Positions 25,173-38,765 of a DNA stretch of 64,000 bases are shown one piece after another. Origin of the DNA: Octopus sinensis (lineage: Eukaryota); contig NC_042997.1 of assembly GCF_006345805.1 (NCBI RefSeq), forward strand, positions 133,796,001-133,860,000. The letters are read 5' to 3'. Position numbers and translations under genes: made by a program. Numbering within the stretch: position 1 is the first letter of the stretch; each line of letters opens with the position of its first letter. The notes below the pieces were generated by a model. The model was not told the origin of the DNA. It saw nothing but the letters and a program-made list of their open reading frames with translations, and searched no databases.

Positions 25173-26010
25173 CAGCACTTCCATGCCGGTAGAGTTTATC
25201 TCGAACAGGCAGCACCCCTCGGTAGCACTGCCAGGCAAGGGATTTTTGGAAGTTATCCATGGGTCCTAGCTTGAAAGTTTTTCCGAATAGACTGCTTAGC
25301 TGATCATCGTTGATGTCTAGAGTTTCCCCGAGAATGTCGTCATACTTTTCCTGCACTAACTCTCTATAGAACACTAGAGTGGAACTACTACTGATTGCAT
25401 TGTCAGCCTGGCGGAGGGTGGTGAGATCTTGGCAGCACTCGAGGTGCAAGCGTCCTTTCTTGGTCTACGTTTGATCCAAGATTGCAACTCGGTCAAAGAG
25501 ATGAGCTGAGGAAAGGAGAGTCTGATGAATGGCGACCACACCTGTTCACCGTCCAGGAAACGCTTGAGATGTTGTAGCTTGAGTGCATGTCTGTGTAACA
25601 GCAACCATGGCATGCGGTTGACAACAGATGGAGCGCCTGACCAGTGGTACCTGGCCCTTCCACAGAAAGTTGAAGAGCAAGCACACCAGCTTGGCCAACC
25701 TGTGGTCGGGACAAGGGATAACGGTCAAGCAGTACTAGATGACGGATGCGATGTACACATTCACCATCTCCACTTGACCTTTTAGGAACAGGTTCCTCTC
25801 AGCTCACTTCTGGCTGAGATTGGCCACCCTGCTCATCACCTCATCCCAGTTTTTCTTCCCCTGGAGGTCTGGACTGAACCAGACCCCGAGCAATTTGACA
25901 GGACTGTCTGCCCAGCATCCTACGACACTGTTGGACGGTATGGACTTGCCTCTCCAGGTGCCCAATTGCAAGCCCACTGACTTTTTCCATGTTAATTTTC
26001 GCACCTGTCA
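25171..26010 (-). mobile_element. L1/Tx1-clade LINE ORF2 fragment (downstream of RT), decayed
   Basis: Minus frames read KSVGLQLGTWRGK...VKLLGVWFS...NWDEV...LFLKGQVEMVNVYIAS...FNFLWKG...LAWQCYRGVLPVRDKLYRHG, typical of the L1/Tx1 ORF2 C-terminal half. Frameshifts and stops present. Confidence 0.85.
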
Positions 26011-26776
26011 CCGCTTTCAAGTTTAGCCCAAGGCCAGCAAATTCGGGAGAGGGGATAAATCAATTACATCGACCCCCCCCCCCCCAAGTGTTCAACTGGT
26101 GCTTTTTATTGATCTTGAAAGACAAAGTCAACCTCTATGGAATAATGATAATTGGAACAGCAACAAAACGAAACTAGCAATAAATCAAAAGCTATGATGA
26201 AGTAAAACGTAAGACAAAGGTGAAGTAGGAGGAGAGAAGCTGTTATTAGAAGTGAGCACTCACCCTCGCTTTTCCTCACCTACTCTGTCTCTCACTCACT
26301 CACTCTCTCTTTCCCTCTTTCTCTCTCTCATTCCCTTCTCTTGGGCAGATGTTTCATGAGCACACGTTTTTCCTTTTTCCCAAAGTACATACACATATAC
26401 ACATTATTCATTCATTTACACATACACACAAGGACCCACGCACACACACACAGACCCACATACATGCAAAAAATTCAGATGTATTCAACACATGTATACA
26501 CACTTCTGAATATCAATACACACATTCACATATACAATGACAAAAGAAAAGAAAAGAAAAATAAAGACAAAAACAAAGCAAAAAAAAAAAAAATTCGCAC
26601 AAAATTTTCAGTCACATATATACAAAATCGCAAATGCACATACTACAAAGAAAAGGACATAAATATATATGTATCATCATCATAGTTGTATAACACATGG
26701 AAAGCGGATGTTAAAAGATGACGAGGTTGGTGTACACATACACACACACACACACACACATATATACATGTACATA

Positions 26777-26822
<46 letters not shown>

Positions 26823-27031
26823 ATAAATATTAGGGAATAAATCCAAATTTACAGTGAAAAATCAGATTTAGGATTGAATCCAATTTTATAGTAAAATATA
26901 ATATAATATTAATTAGAGACAAAACCACTATTATGCAATCAACAAAGAAAGACTTAATCCAATACATAAAAAATAAATATAAATTAAATATAATTAAGAT
27001 ATCCACTATAATATAATATATATAATTAAGA

Positions 27032-27062
<31 letters not shown>

Positions 27063-27264
27063 CGCACACACACACATATTACAGGTATGTATGTAGATTT
27101 ATATACACACACACACATATATATATATGTGTATGTATACATATATATGTATATGTGTGTATATATGTGTATGTACGTATATGCATGTATCTGTACATAT
27201 GTATGTCTGTATATGCATGTATGTGTGTATAATATATATATATAAATGTACGTGTGGTGTATAT

Positions 27265-27313
<49 letters not shown>

Positions 27314-27327
27314 ATGGATATCTATGT

Positions 27328-27386
<59 letters not shown>

Positions 27387-27829
27387 ATATAATGTATCAT
27401 AAATATATCATCATCATCGTTTAACGTCCATTTTCCATGCTGGCATGGGTTAGATGGTTTGACTAAGGTCTGGAGAGCCAGCGGATGCACCAGGCTCCAA
27501 TCTGATCTGGCAATGTTTCTACAGCTCGATGCCTTTCCTAACGCCAACCATTTAGAGGATGTAATGGGAGCTGTTTATGTGCAACTTGCACAGGAACCTG
27601 TGGGGCATGTTTGGCATCAACCATGTTTAGATGGTATACTTTATGTACCAGCGGCACAGGAGCCAGTCAGGTGGTACTGGTGTCAGTCATGATCGGTTGA
27701 TGCTTTTTACGTGCCACCAGGCAGACCTAGCAACGACCATGTTCACATGGTGGTTTTTATGTGTCACCAGCAAGAGAACCAGATATATGAATATAAAAAT
27801 AAATATATATGTTTTATATATGCATCTAT

Positions 27830-27886
27830 ATACGTATATATATGTATATGTATATGCACACACACACACACACATATATATATATA

Positions 27887-27937
<51 letters not shown>

Positions 27938-28596
27938 GTATATATACGTATATGTATATATGTATGTATATATATATATACGTATATGTATATATGTATG
28001 TATATATATATACGTATATGTATATATGTATGTATATATATATACGTATATGTATATATGTATGTATATATATATACGTATATGTATATATGTATGTATA
28101 TATATATACGTATATGTATATATATATACGTATATGTATATATGTATGTATATATATATACGTATATGTATATATGTATGTATATATACGTATATGTATA
28201 TATGTATGTATATATATATACGTATATGTATATATGTATGTATATATATATACGTATATGTATATATGTATGTCTATATATATATACGTATATGTATATA
28301 TGTATGTCTATATATAACGGGAAGCTTTATGAAAATAAACAAAAGACGAAGGCAGGTGGAAAACAAACGAACAATTGTATATATACGTATATGTATGTAT
28401 ATATATATATACGTATATGTATGTATATATATATATATACGTATATGTATATATGTATGCATATATATATATACGTATATGTATATATGTATGTATATAT
28501 ATATATATATACGTATATGTATATATGTATATACGTATATGTATATATGTATATATATATATACGTATATGTATATATGTATGTATATATATATAC

Positions 28597-28630
<34 letters not shown>

Positions 28631-28921
28631 GATTATATTATATATACGTATATATATATATATATATATATACGTATATTTGTATGTATATATATATATA
28701 TATACGTATATGTAATATATATATATTATATATACGTATATGTATATACATATGTATATATATGTATAATATATATATATATATATGTATATGTGTATAT
28801 ATATAATATATATATATATATATGTATATATTATATATAATATACGTATAAATGTAATATACATATGTATATATATGTATATATATATATATATATACGT
28901 ATATGTATATACATATGTATA

Positions 28922-28959
<38 letters not shown>

Positions 28960-28960
28960 T
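27830..28960. repeat. Large compound (TA)n-derived satellite (about 28-bp higher-order unit tatatatacgtatatgtatatatgtatg)
   Basis: Directly visible. Source of the long I/Y/M/C-rich pseudo-ORFs. Confidence 0.95.
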
Positions 28961-29000
28961 ATATATGTGTATGTATAATAATTGGTATGTATGTATGTAT

Positions 29001-29205
29001 AGGGAGAGTTTACGAAAAAAACAAAAGACAAAGACAGGTGATGTACGAAACAAATAGACGTATTAGTATAACACTCAGGAATAGAAAAAGTCTTTTATGT
29101 TTCGAGCCTACGCTCTTCTACAGAAAGGGACACAGAAAAAACAAGGAGAGAAAAAAAAGGAGAGAAAAAAATGTGTGTAGTGGCTAACGATCTATCATGG
29201 CGACT
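29001..29205 (-). mobile_element. Penelope-like pseudo-LTR remnant with a near-canonical minimal hammerhead motif
   Basis: Minus strand CTTT-CTGTAGA-A-GAGC-gtag-GCTC-GAAAC-ATA-AAAG (about 29092-29127). A related fragment sits at 28317-28377. Both are in TA-rich tracts. Confidence 0.6.
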
Positions 29206-29247
29206 AGTGCTGTATGTAGTTTATGTATGTGTATGTATGTATGTATG

Positions 29248-29287
<40 letters not shown>

Positions 29288-29696
29288 TATATATATATAA
29301 ACACAATATGCACTCATTTACACACGGACACATACATACACACGCACCCTCCCACAAACCTTCACACACATGCATCCACACTAACACAGACACTGAAAGA
29401 CACACAAGGACAACCGCGCACACTCTATCATTGTACATATGCCAACACAAGAGCCCATACCTACACTCAGACCTTCCTCCTTATCACACTACTCCTTTCC
29501 CTCGTCTTTCTAATACACTTACTCTCTAGCTCTTTGTACTCCCCCTCTAACTTACCTTACTCTCTTTCTTCCTCTTTCTCTTCTTCCCTCCTCTCACCAT
29601 ACAATCTCTGTTTTCTGAGGAGCGGGTTTTTTTTTAGGTACTTGGTGCAATTGTAAACAAGTGCAGGAAGGAAGTTTTGGCAGTTCACTGTGTGTA

Positions 29697-29731
<35 letters not shown>

Positions 29732-29732
29732 G

Positions 29733-29774
<42 letters not shown>

Positions 29775-30330
29775 AATCCATACACACACATACACATACA
29801 CATACATATGTGTATGCATGCACACTCACACATGTGCACATACACACACACAATGCAACACAGTGAATGTGTTTTCATGCTAACCTCATCTATGCTGCTG
29901 CTGCAGCAGCAGTAGTTGTAGTAGTAATAGTAGCAGTAGTAGTAGTATCAGTACTAGTAGTAGTAGTAGCAGCAGTAGTAGTAGTAGTAGTTGTTTTCTT
30001 CATTGAACCTACATAACACAATGCAACATAACACCATTACCAACCACAACAATAACAGCAGTTTGAAATGCAATAAATTTCTTCACCGCCACATCCGCTA
30101 CCACCACCACCACCACCATCTCTACTACCAACACCAACACCACCAATGTGCCAATGGAGGGTGCTGCTACATAAAAGAAACAGCAGTTGAATTTCCCTGG
30201 AATCACATCCTGTTGTCTTATGAAAAAGGGGAAGGGCACATTGGATAGTAGAAGTCTGAAATACCACCCTAGAAAAATACCTTTGATCATAGGTCTGCTT
30301 AATTGGAACTGTCAGGGGCAGCAACAGCAG

Positions 30331-30700
30331 TGGAGGCACAATGGCCCAGTGGTTAGGGCAGCGGACTACCGGTCGGAGGATCGCGGTTTTGATTCCCAGA
30401 CTGGTCGTTGTGTGTGTTTATTGAGCGAAAACACCGAAAGCTCCACGAGGCTCCGGCAGGGGGTGATGGCGACCCCTGTTGTACTCTTCGCCCCAACTTT
30501 CTCTCAGTCTTTCTTCCTGCTTCTTGTCCCCGACTTCCTATGCAACTGCTGAGCCTGGATGCGCATTCATCCATTTGTCGATGCTCTCGGTGTTGGGGGT
30601 TGACCTGCTTTCTCTTCTGTGGGTCTTACGAATAACAAAGGACCATGTTTCGGACTTCTCCCATCTTGCAAGCTCTGAGACGAAGACCATTCACTCAACA
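30331..30700 (+). mobile_element. tRNA-derived SINE (family C head, different 3' tail)
   Basis: Head similar to 15869. Flanked by the cagcaacagca direct repeat and ends in (CAA)n. Confidence 0.85.
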
Positions 30701-32214
30701 GCAACAGCAACAACAACATTAATAAGAGCTGTAACTCTGTTGTTTTACAGTTTACCAATCTGGAAAGGGGTCGTTTAAAAGTCATGGTCAATGGACCTAC
30801 ACCCACTCCTCTCTATTTTTTTGACTAATTAATGAAACTAAATGAAGCAAAAATACTAACAAAATTATTCATATGAAATGCACTGGCTTGTTGTTTTAGG
30901 CTCATGTCTACTGCTTTGAACTTAGGCAGGGGACAGAGTTTGGGATTAGACCTAGCCCTGCCATACCCTTCTTCATTGCTGTCACCACTGTTGGTGCCAC
31001 CGTTATTGTCATACATCATCGTCATTCTCCTTCTCATCATCATCATTGTCATCATTATCCTCCTCTTCCTTCATCATTATTGACCTTTCCTTCATTTGAG
31101 CTTACATGTTTCTAATCCTGCATAAATCAGATGCCGCCACTGGAAGGACCCTATCCTTGTTGCAGAGTGTGGTAGCTTGTGTGCTGTAAAGACCCCGAGA
31201 GCTATACCAGCAAAGCACAAGTCCTTGGTAGCTGCTATTTCTAGCCAAGCTGCTTGACCATTTCAGGGCTATCCTCTTTGGTTCAGATGATGTGACATAT
31301 ACAGCCAGTGTGCTAGTAATCCAGTGGCTTATGATTTTCTTTTTACATTTTTTGTCTGTTTAACCTGTTAGTATTTAAACCGGCCATTTCCAGCCAAGAT
31401 ATTCTACCTGTCCTATGATCACACCAGTCAGACCTGGTCTATCACACTTGCACAACAATGTCATTCTAAAAAATGAACAATCATACGTGCAGGAGTGGCT
31501 GTACTGGACAGGTCAAAAGATAAAGAGGCCAGGCATATGAACCACCTCTTTCCAGAAGTAAAAGTGGATTTACATAGGGGCCAACAACCCTACCTAAAAT
31601 ATAATATAATAAAATTTTAAAAAAAAAGTCCCAGAAATATCAGTGACAGTTGAGAATCAAGATTTGGGAGAGGAAATCCTTGCCTTGGGGAAACAAATGG
31701 TGTGGAGTAGCAGAATATGGAAACAGGATTTTAGTGGGAGAGAAGCAGAAAAAAAATTATAAAGTCAAAAACAGTGCAGAAAAGTCAATTAATCGCTTGT
31801 GCATTACAGTTGCAAAGGGCTTAAATAGGTAAGAAGGGATCAAATAGAATTCACCGAGGGAGATATTCTACAACCCTGTGCCTCTCTCATCATCATTTAG
31901 TATCAAGTTTTCCGTACTGGCATGGGTTGGATGGTTTCACTGGAGTGGCAAAGTTTCTACAGCTGGATGCCCTTCCTAATGCTGACCACTTTACAGTGTG
32001 TTCTGGGTGCTTTTTACATGGTACCAGTAGAATTGAGGTTACAAAGATGCTTGCAAGACAAAGGCCCCTCAATTGCGAGGACATGTAGTGTTGAGGAAAG
32101 TGGCTTTGTGCCTGGTGGTAAGAGGTTAGACTATAGAAGGAGGACAAAAAATGGATGCCTTGCTGTAGAGGAGTTATGTGGCTAGCCCAAAGAGAGAAAA
32201 TGGCCAGATTTTCA

Positions 32215-32490
32215 CAGTCTTCTTCCTTGCATGCTACATCTAATTTCTCTTATATCTTGCTTTTCTCTATGCATTTGCACTTGGTTATACATCACAGGTT
32301 ATACATGCCCACTGACGTTCCACATCCATCAGAGCATGCTGTCTTCATTCCCCCCCAGTCTTTGCATGCCCTCTGCATTTAGGGTCCACATCTCGCTATC
32401 ACAAAGCATTACCATTCATACACAAGCATCATTTAATCTGTCACTCTGCAAGAAGGGTCTTTTGTTGCCAACAGTAGAACAGAAGTAATA
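32215..32490 (-). mobile_element. RTE-clade LINE ORF2 C-terminal remnant
   Basis: Minus frames read LLLATKD..RLNDACV*MVMLCDSEMWTL..NEDSML*WMWNVS..REKQDIREIRCSMQGRRL, resembling the RTE motifs YGSETW / EMSMLRWM / RRLRWYGHV. Confidence 0.7.
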
Positions 32491-33584
32491 GCTCTCTGAA
32501 CTTTCGTTCCTCAATCCCTGAGGAATGAAAAGCTAATGAAAACCTTCAGGAGAAATTGCAACAAGATGCTGTTTCTGAAAAGTTGGTGGTCACGCCTGGA
32601 AAATCTTTGATCACAGATCTGCTTTCTCAGCTGTCTTGAGGCTAAACAACACAATACCATCACTATGAGCCAACAAAATGGGGCTGCTACATGGTTGATT
32701 GACCTGGTAGAAATAGCAGCCAAATTTTCCTCATGGTACCTGACCATCTTAAAAATGTTAGGTCACATTAAATAATTTAGTCATATTTATAATATGTGTG
32801 TACACGCACACTTGTGCAACATATGTGCGCGCGCACACACACACACATACAAATGCACACACAAGCTTGGATCATTATAGTATTTCATCATATGCTAATG
32901 AAGAAAGTTTTATTTATTTATTTATTTACTTAAAACTGTTGCCAGATTTATTTTCTGCTTTGAAACATATTGCACAGATCATGCTGTGATGGCATGCTGT
33001 TTTGGATAGTGGGAAGGAGAGAAACTAAGAGATTAATCGGATGAAAACAGGAAAAAAAAAGCAAAAAAAAACTCACAAAAAAAAAAACAAGCCACTGCCA
33101 CCACCATCATCATCAACTCCATCTTCATGGTGTATTTTTATCATTTCTAAGTTTCCAGAATCTTTAGAATTTGCTAAGTTATTTCCAGAGCTTAAGGGGA
33201 TTGTTGTAAATGATGTAAGACAGACTTATGTATCTGTCTCTTCAGTGGTGTTTCCATCTCTACAGATGGCGTTTCCATCCCTGCCATGATGTAGTCAATA
33301 AATGGACTTTCTGTGTGGTTTCCTGTCTGACATGGTAGAAGTACCAAACGAATATCTCTCGATTGTAAAACCCCAGCATCTTAATTCTTTTGGTATCATA
33401 TTTTTTTTTAAATCTGCTGCCAAGCCATCAGAGTAACGTCTCTTGTAGTAGTTTAACCTGCTAGAAACAGCAACTGAATTTCCATTTAGTCATAACCTTC
33501 TTAGTAAAACGGAACATGTTGGGTAAACTGGTTCTGTGTTCAGTGTGCTTAGAAATACAGATGACCACTGATGGAATGTCTTTG

Positions 33585-33716
33585 GCCATAGGTCTCATCG
33601 ATCAGAGATAACCCGAGGCTAAACAACACGATCATAGGTCTAATCGATCAGATATGACCCGAGGCTAAACAACACGATCATAGGTCTCATTGATCAGAAT
33701 GATCCAAGGCTAAACA
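33585..33716. repeat. Three tandem copies of about 41 bp derived from an old dispersed repeat tail
   Basis: cataggtctcatcgatcagagataacccgaggctaaacaacacgat x3. Related single motifs at about 40-75, 16885 and 53960. Confidence 0.85.
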
Positions 33717-33719
33717 TGA

Positions 33720-33912
33720 CGTGTGTATTCCCCAGCTGGACAGGATGCTAGTCCATCGCAGCGCTACTCATTTTTGCCAGCTGAGTGGACCAGAGCATCG
33801 TGAAATGAAGTGTTTTGCTCAAGAACACAACGCGTCGCCCGGTCCAGGAATCGAAACCACAATCTTACGATCATGGTGCTGATACCCTAACCGCTAAGCC
33901 ACGCGCCTCCAC
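33720..33912 (-). mobile_element. tRNA-derived SINE (family D)
   Basis: Minus strand ggaggcgcgtggcttagcggttagggtatc...ggtttcgattcctggaccggg...tgtgttcttgagcaaaacact. Confidence 0.88.
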
Positions 33913-34254
33913 AGATTTGAGTAATACCACATCAATATATATTATAAAGAATTATGAGCCACAATCATCAGTAACACTTATAATCCATTAGGAAGATGTT
34001 TACCATTGACGTGCATGTGGCTTTCAAGAAATCTGCAAATGAAAGATGGCTGACGAAGTGGGTTTAGTTGTCTGTATTTTGTCCATTCTGTCAGTTGACG
34101 TAAAAGTCTTTCACCATTATTTGGAATTCTCATACATAAAGCATTCAGTAATATTTGTCATCATATATGTGTGTATCTATACATATGTATGTATATGCGT
34201 GTATATGTATATATATATATATACATATGCATGTATAAATACACATACCGTTTA

Positions 34255-34650
34255 TCTTGTTTCAATCACCAGACTACGGCCATGCTTGGGCACTACCTTG
34301 AATTTTTAGTTGAATGAATCGATCCTAGTACTTTTGTTTTAAGCCTGGTACTTACTCTGTCAGTTGTTTTTGCCAAACTGCTAAGTTACAGGGACACAAA
34401 CACATCAGCACCAGTTGTCAAGCGGTGATGTGGGGACAAACGCAGACTCAATGACAGACACACGCAGGCATATATATATGCTTATATACATATGATGGGC
34501 TTCGTTCAGTTTCTGTCTGCCAAATCCACTCACAAGGCTTTGGTCAGCTCGAGGCTGTAGTAGAAGACACTTACCCAAGGTGCCACTCAGTGGGACTGAA
34601 CCCAGATCCATGTAGTTGGGAAACGGGCTTCTTACCACACAACCACACTT
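34255..34650 (-). mobile_element. SINE family A (older copy)
   Basis: Diverged match to family A. Confidence 0.85.
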
Positions 34651-34663
34651 GTGCATAAATAAG

Positions 34664-34694
<31 letters not shown>

Positions 34695-34785
34695 TATGCA
34701 TATATGTGTGTGAGTAAACGTGTGTATATACCTGTGTGTGTGTATATATCATCATCATCATATATATATATATAATATATATATA

Positions 34786-34839
<54 letters not shown>

Positions 34840-34913
34840 TACATAGGGTATTGACAACAGCTGTAGATTTAAAAGGGTTGTTTGGCTAGGAAACATTTCT
34901 ATTTTATCAGGTT

Positions 34914-34963
<50 letters not shown>

Positions 34964-35470
34964 TGTATATAAACAACAAAATGTCTAAAAATAAAGATAT
35001 ATAATTGACTATTTATATTAGCAACATGTAACCACACTTCCACTAAGAGAACTTACTCCAACATACCCATCCATACACACACATAAACGGGTGTATGCGT
35101 TTATGTGTGTGTGTGTGTGTGTGTGTGTAGAAGTATATGTCACGAGTACATAAGACTTGATTGCTGTGGTGTCCACTTGTAATTTCTGGCTTGCCACTGG
35201 GGTGAGCAGGTGTGGCAGGGATGTTTGGGTTGTAAACTGCTTTTGCTCTGAAGAAATGTCCCAGCTGGGTAAAGTCACTTATCGTTTTTTTGACACAATA
35301 AACGAAGAAATATATAAGAAAATGAAAGAAAACCACAAAAATGAAAAGAAAAGAAAAAAACGAACAGTAACAACTGGTATATTAAAATAAACATACTTAC
35401 TACAAAATCAACATGCCTTATTTACTATGCAAGAGTGGGTGTATGTACATGTGTGCACACAAATATACAT

Positions 35471-35623
35471 ATAGGCGCAGGAGTGGCTGTGTGGTAAGTA
35501 GCTTGCTTACCAACCCCATGGTTCCGGGTTCAGTCCCACTGCGTGGCACCTTGGGCAAGTGTCTTCTACTATAGCCTTGGGCCGACCAAAGCTTATATAT
35601 GTATATATATATATATATATATG

Positions 35624-35672
<49 letters not shown>

Positions 35673-35910
35673 GTATATATGTATATATATGATGATGATG
35701 ATATATATATATATATGTGTTTGTGTGTCTGTGATTGTCCCCCCAAGTGATGCTGGTGTGTTTACGTCCCCGTAACTTAGCAGTTCAGCACAAGAAACCA
35801 ATAGAATAAGTACTAAGCTTACAAAGAAATAAGTCCTGGGGTCGATTTGCTCTCCTAAATGCGGTGCTCCAGCATGGCCACAGTCAAATGACTGAAACAA
35901 GTAAAAGAGT
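35471..35910 (+). mobile_element. SINE family A, full length
   Basis: Runs from the taggcgcaggagtggctgtgtggtaag head to the aaacaagtaaaagagt tail. Confidence 0.92.
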
Positions 35911-36530
35911 ATTTGTATGCATGCATAATATCTTTGCGTATATATGTATGTGTGTGTGCATCATTATCGTTCAATGTCCATTTTACATGTTGGCATGGGT
36001 CGGATGATTTAATAGGAACCAGTTAGCCAGAGGGCTGTGTTAAGCTCCAGTCCCTGCTTTGGCATGTTTTCTATGACAGGATGCTCTTCCTAACAGATGT
36101 GTGTTTTTGTGTTATATTAAATCTGTGTGTGTGTATGTTATCATCATCATTTCCATCACCATCATCGTTTAATGTTTGTTTAACGTATTGCCACGAGTTG
36201 GATGGTTTGACTGGGTCCAGTGTTTCGCAAGGCTGTGTCAGGTCCAAGACGAAGGACATCCATTAGATACCCCTCTGTTACTAATCCTTACTTGTTTTTT
36301 TTTTTCCAAGGAAAGGATCTCTTATTTCGTGTATCTTTGAAGGGATACAAAGTCCATGGACAACTTGTTTCATTGGTGAGTTGTTGAGGGGAAATGACTC
36401 TGCCAGACTTTAGACAAATGCAAATATAAAAACAAACACACACAAGGAAAAACAAATACTAATACATACATACATATACATACATAAACATATTTAAGTA
36501 CATATACGTGTGTGTGTATCTATCCATCTA

Positions 36531-36570
<40 letters not shown>

Positions 36571-36571
<1 letters not shown>

Positions 36572-37060
36572 AAAGGGCTTAGTAAAATAAATTACTTTGC
36601 CGCATACTGAACTCATTAGAAATAGCAGCCAAAAAAAACTTTTTTAAAACTATTTCTAATACTTAAAGAAAACCTCTCTCATATAGTGTTTGCTCAATTC
36701 AACTCACGAAAGTATGGGGGTAGAGACATTAAAAAATCAAATGCAAAGGTTATTTGAGAACGTACGTTTCAAGATTAGTCAAACTCGACACTTCTATCAT
36801 CAGCTCAGAACTCCCTGGTTTGGATTTGAAAACACCGAAAGTGGGAGCATACCCTTTCGGCTTCTTATCGCTTCTGAAGATCTGCTCGAAACTAACAGTG
36901 CCAGCAAACTCAAATATGCAAGCGAAGAATTTCTGCTCTCCCCTTTCCACCAGCGTGGGTTAAAATCAGTAAACACCATGCTTTTTTCGGTAAAATCCGG
37001 GGCATTAAATAGAGAGAGATGAATTATAATTTCAACAATTGAGGGTAAAATTAATTAATA
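36571..37060 (-). mobile_element. About 490-bp non-coding insert in (TA)n carrying a hammerhead ribozyme; Penelope-like or retrozyme-like
   Basis: Unique-looking sequence flanked on both sides by TA tracts. Contains the hammerhead motif at 36755-36807. Confidence 0.6.
36755..36807 (-). ncRNA. Minimal type-I hammerhead ribozyme motif
   Basis: Minus strand UGAG-CUGAUGA-[U AGA..GUCG agu U UGAC..UCU U]-GAAAC-GUAC-GUU^CUCA. Intact core, 4-bp helix I (UGAG/CUCA), helix III with palindromic loop, NUH triplet GUU. Confidence 0.75.
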
Positions 37061-37086
37061 TATGTATATATATATATGTATATATA

Positions 37087-37500
37087 CACTCTTTTACTCT
37101 TTTACTCCTTTCAGTCATTTGACTGGGGCCATGCTGGAGCACCACCTTTAGTCGAGCAAATCGACCCCAGGACTTATTATTTGTAAGCCTAGTACTTATT
37201 CTATCGATCTCTTTTACCAAACTGCTAAGTTACGGGGATGTAAACACACCAGCATCAGTTGTCAAGCGATGTTGGGGGGGACAAACACACACACACACAC
37301 ACACACACATATATGTATATACATATACATATATACAACAGGCTTCTTTCAGTTTCTGTCTACCAAATCCACTCAAAAGGCTTTGGTCGGCCTGAAGCTG
37401 TAGTAGAAGATGCTTGCCCAAGGTGCCATGCAGTGGGACTGAACCCGGAACCATGTGGTTGATAAGCAAGCTACTTACCACACAGCCACTCCTGCGCCTA
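37087..37500 (-). mobile_element. SINE family A, full length
   Basis: Complete match. Another copy at 38237-38600 (-). Confidence 0.92.
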
Positions 37501-37593
37501 TATGGATGTACATATACATAAATATTTATATGTACATATATATATGTATATATTTATGCAAGTACATATCTATATTTATATGCATGTATATGT

Positions 37594-37641
<48 letters not shown>

Positions 37642-38598
37642 CCTTATATGTATATATACATACACATGTACATAAACACAGAGACACATACATATACTTG
37701 CATACAAGCACACATGTATGCTTATGCACACGCATAATACTAGTTCCGTGCCCCCACCCCCGCCTCCAACATACACACACTTGCATAAATATCTGACACT
37801 TCTGCCCCGCCCCCTGTTGCCCTCCTTCGGTAGATATGTGAACATATATTATCAAGATAAATAGATAGCTGGTAAGTGTATGAGGGCTGTGCTTTACAAC
37901 TTGTGGAATTCTCTTCTCCCCTGAGAAATTTTAGAAAGTGTTTTTGCTTTATTAAAATCAACTCTTTGCTCAGCAATCTGGAAGATCTTGTAGACGATGC
38001 ATTTGAAAGTCCTATAAAATATATTTTTATGGGAGACTCCGTGTGTGTGTGTATGTGTGTGTAGACATATATTTTTATATATATGAAAGATATTTCTGGA
38101 TATGTATTAAACAGCTATATATAGACATATGTATGTATATATAGAAGCATGTATATATATGAATATGTGTGTGCGTGTGTGTGTGCGTATGTGAGTTTGT
38201 GTGTATATATATATATATATATATGTGTGTAATGCGCTCTTTTATTCTTTTACTCTTTTACTTGTTTCAGTCATGTGATTGTGGCTGTACTAGAGCACCG
38301 CCTTTAGTCAAGCAAATCGACCCCAGGACTTATTCTATCGTTCTCTTTTGCCAAACCGCTAAGTCACGGAGATGTAAATACACCAGCATTGGTCGTCAAG
38401 CAATCTTGGGGGGACAAACACAAACACACACACACACATATATACATATATACAACGGGCTTCTTTCAGTTTCTGTCTACCTAATCCACTCACAAGGCTT
38501 TGGTCAGCCCAAGACTATAGTAGAAGACACTTGCCCAAGGTGCCACACAGTGGGAACGAACCTGGAACCATGTGGTTGGTAAGCAAGCTATTTACGCC

Positions 38599-38641
<43 letters not shown>

Positions 38642-38720
38642 TTATATACATGTGTGTATATGTGTACATATATATGTATATGTGTCACCATCATTGTCAT
38701 ATATCTGTCTATTTCCTTGT

Positions 38721-38765
<45 letters not shown>

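Noticed and set aside
27631-29053. Long ORFs of 228-343 aa rich in I/Y/M/C
   Set aside because: Translations of the (TA)n-derived satellite.
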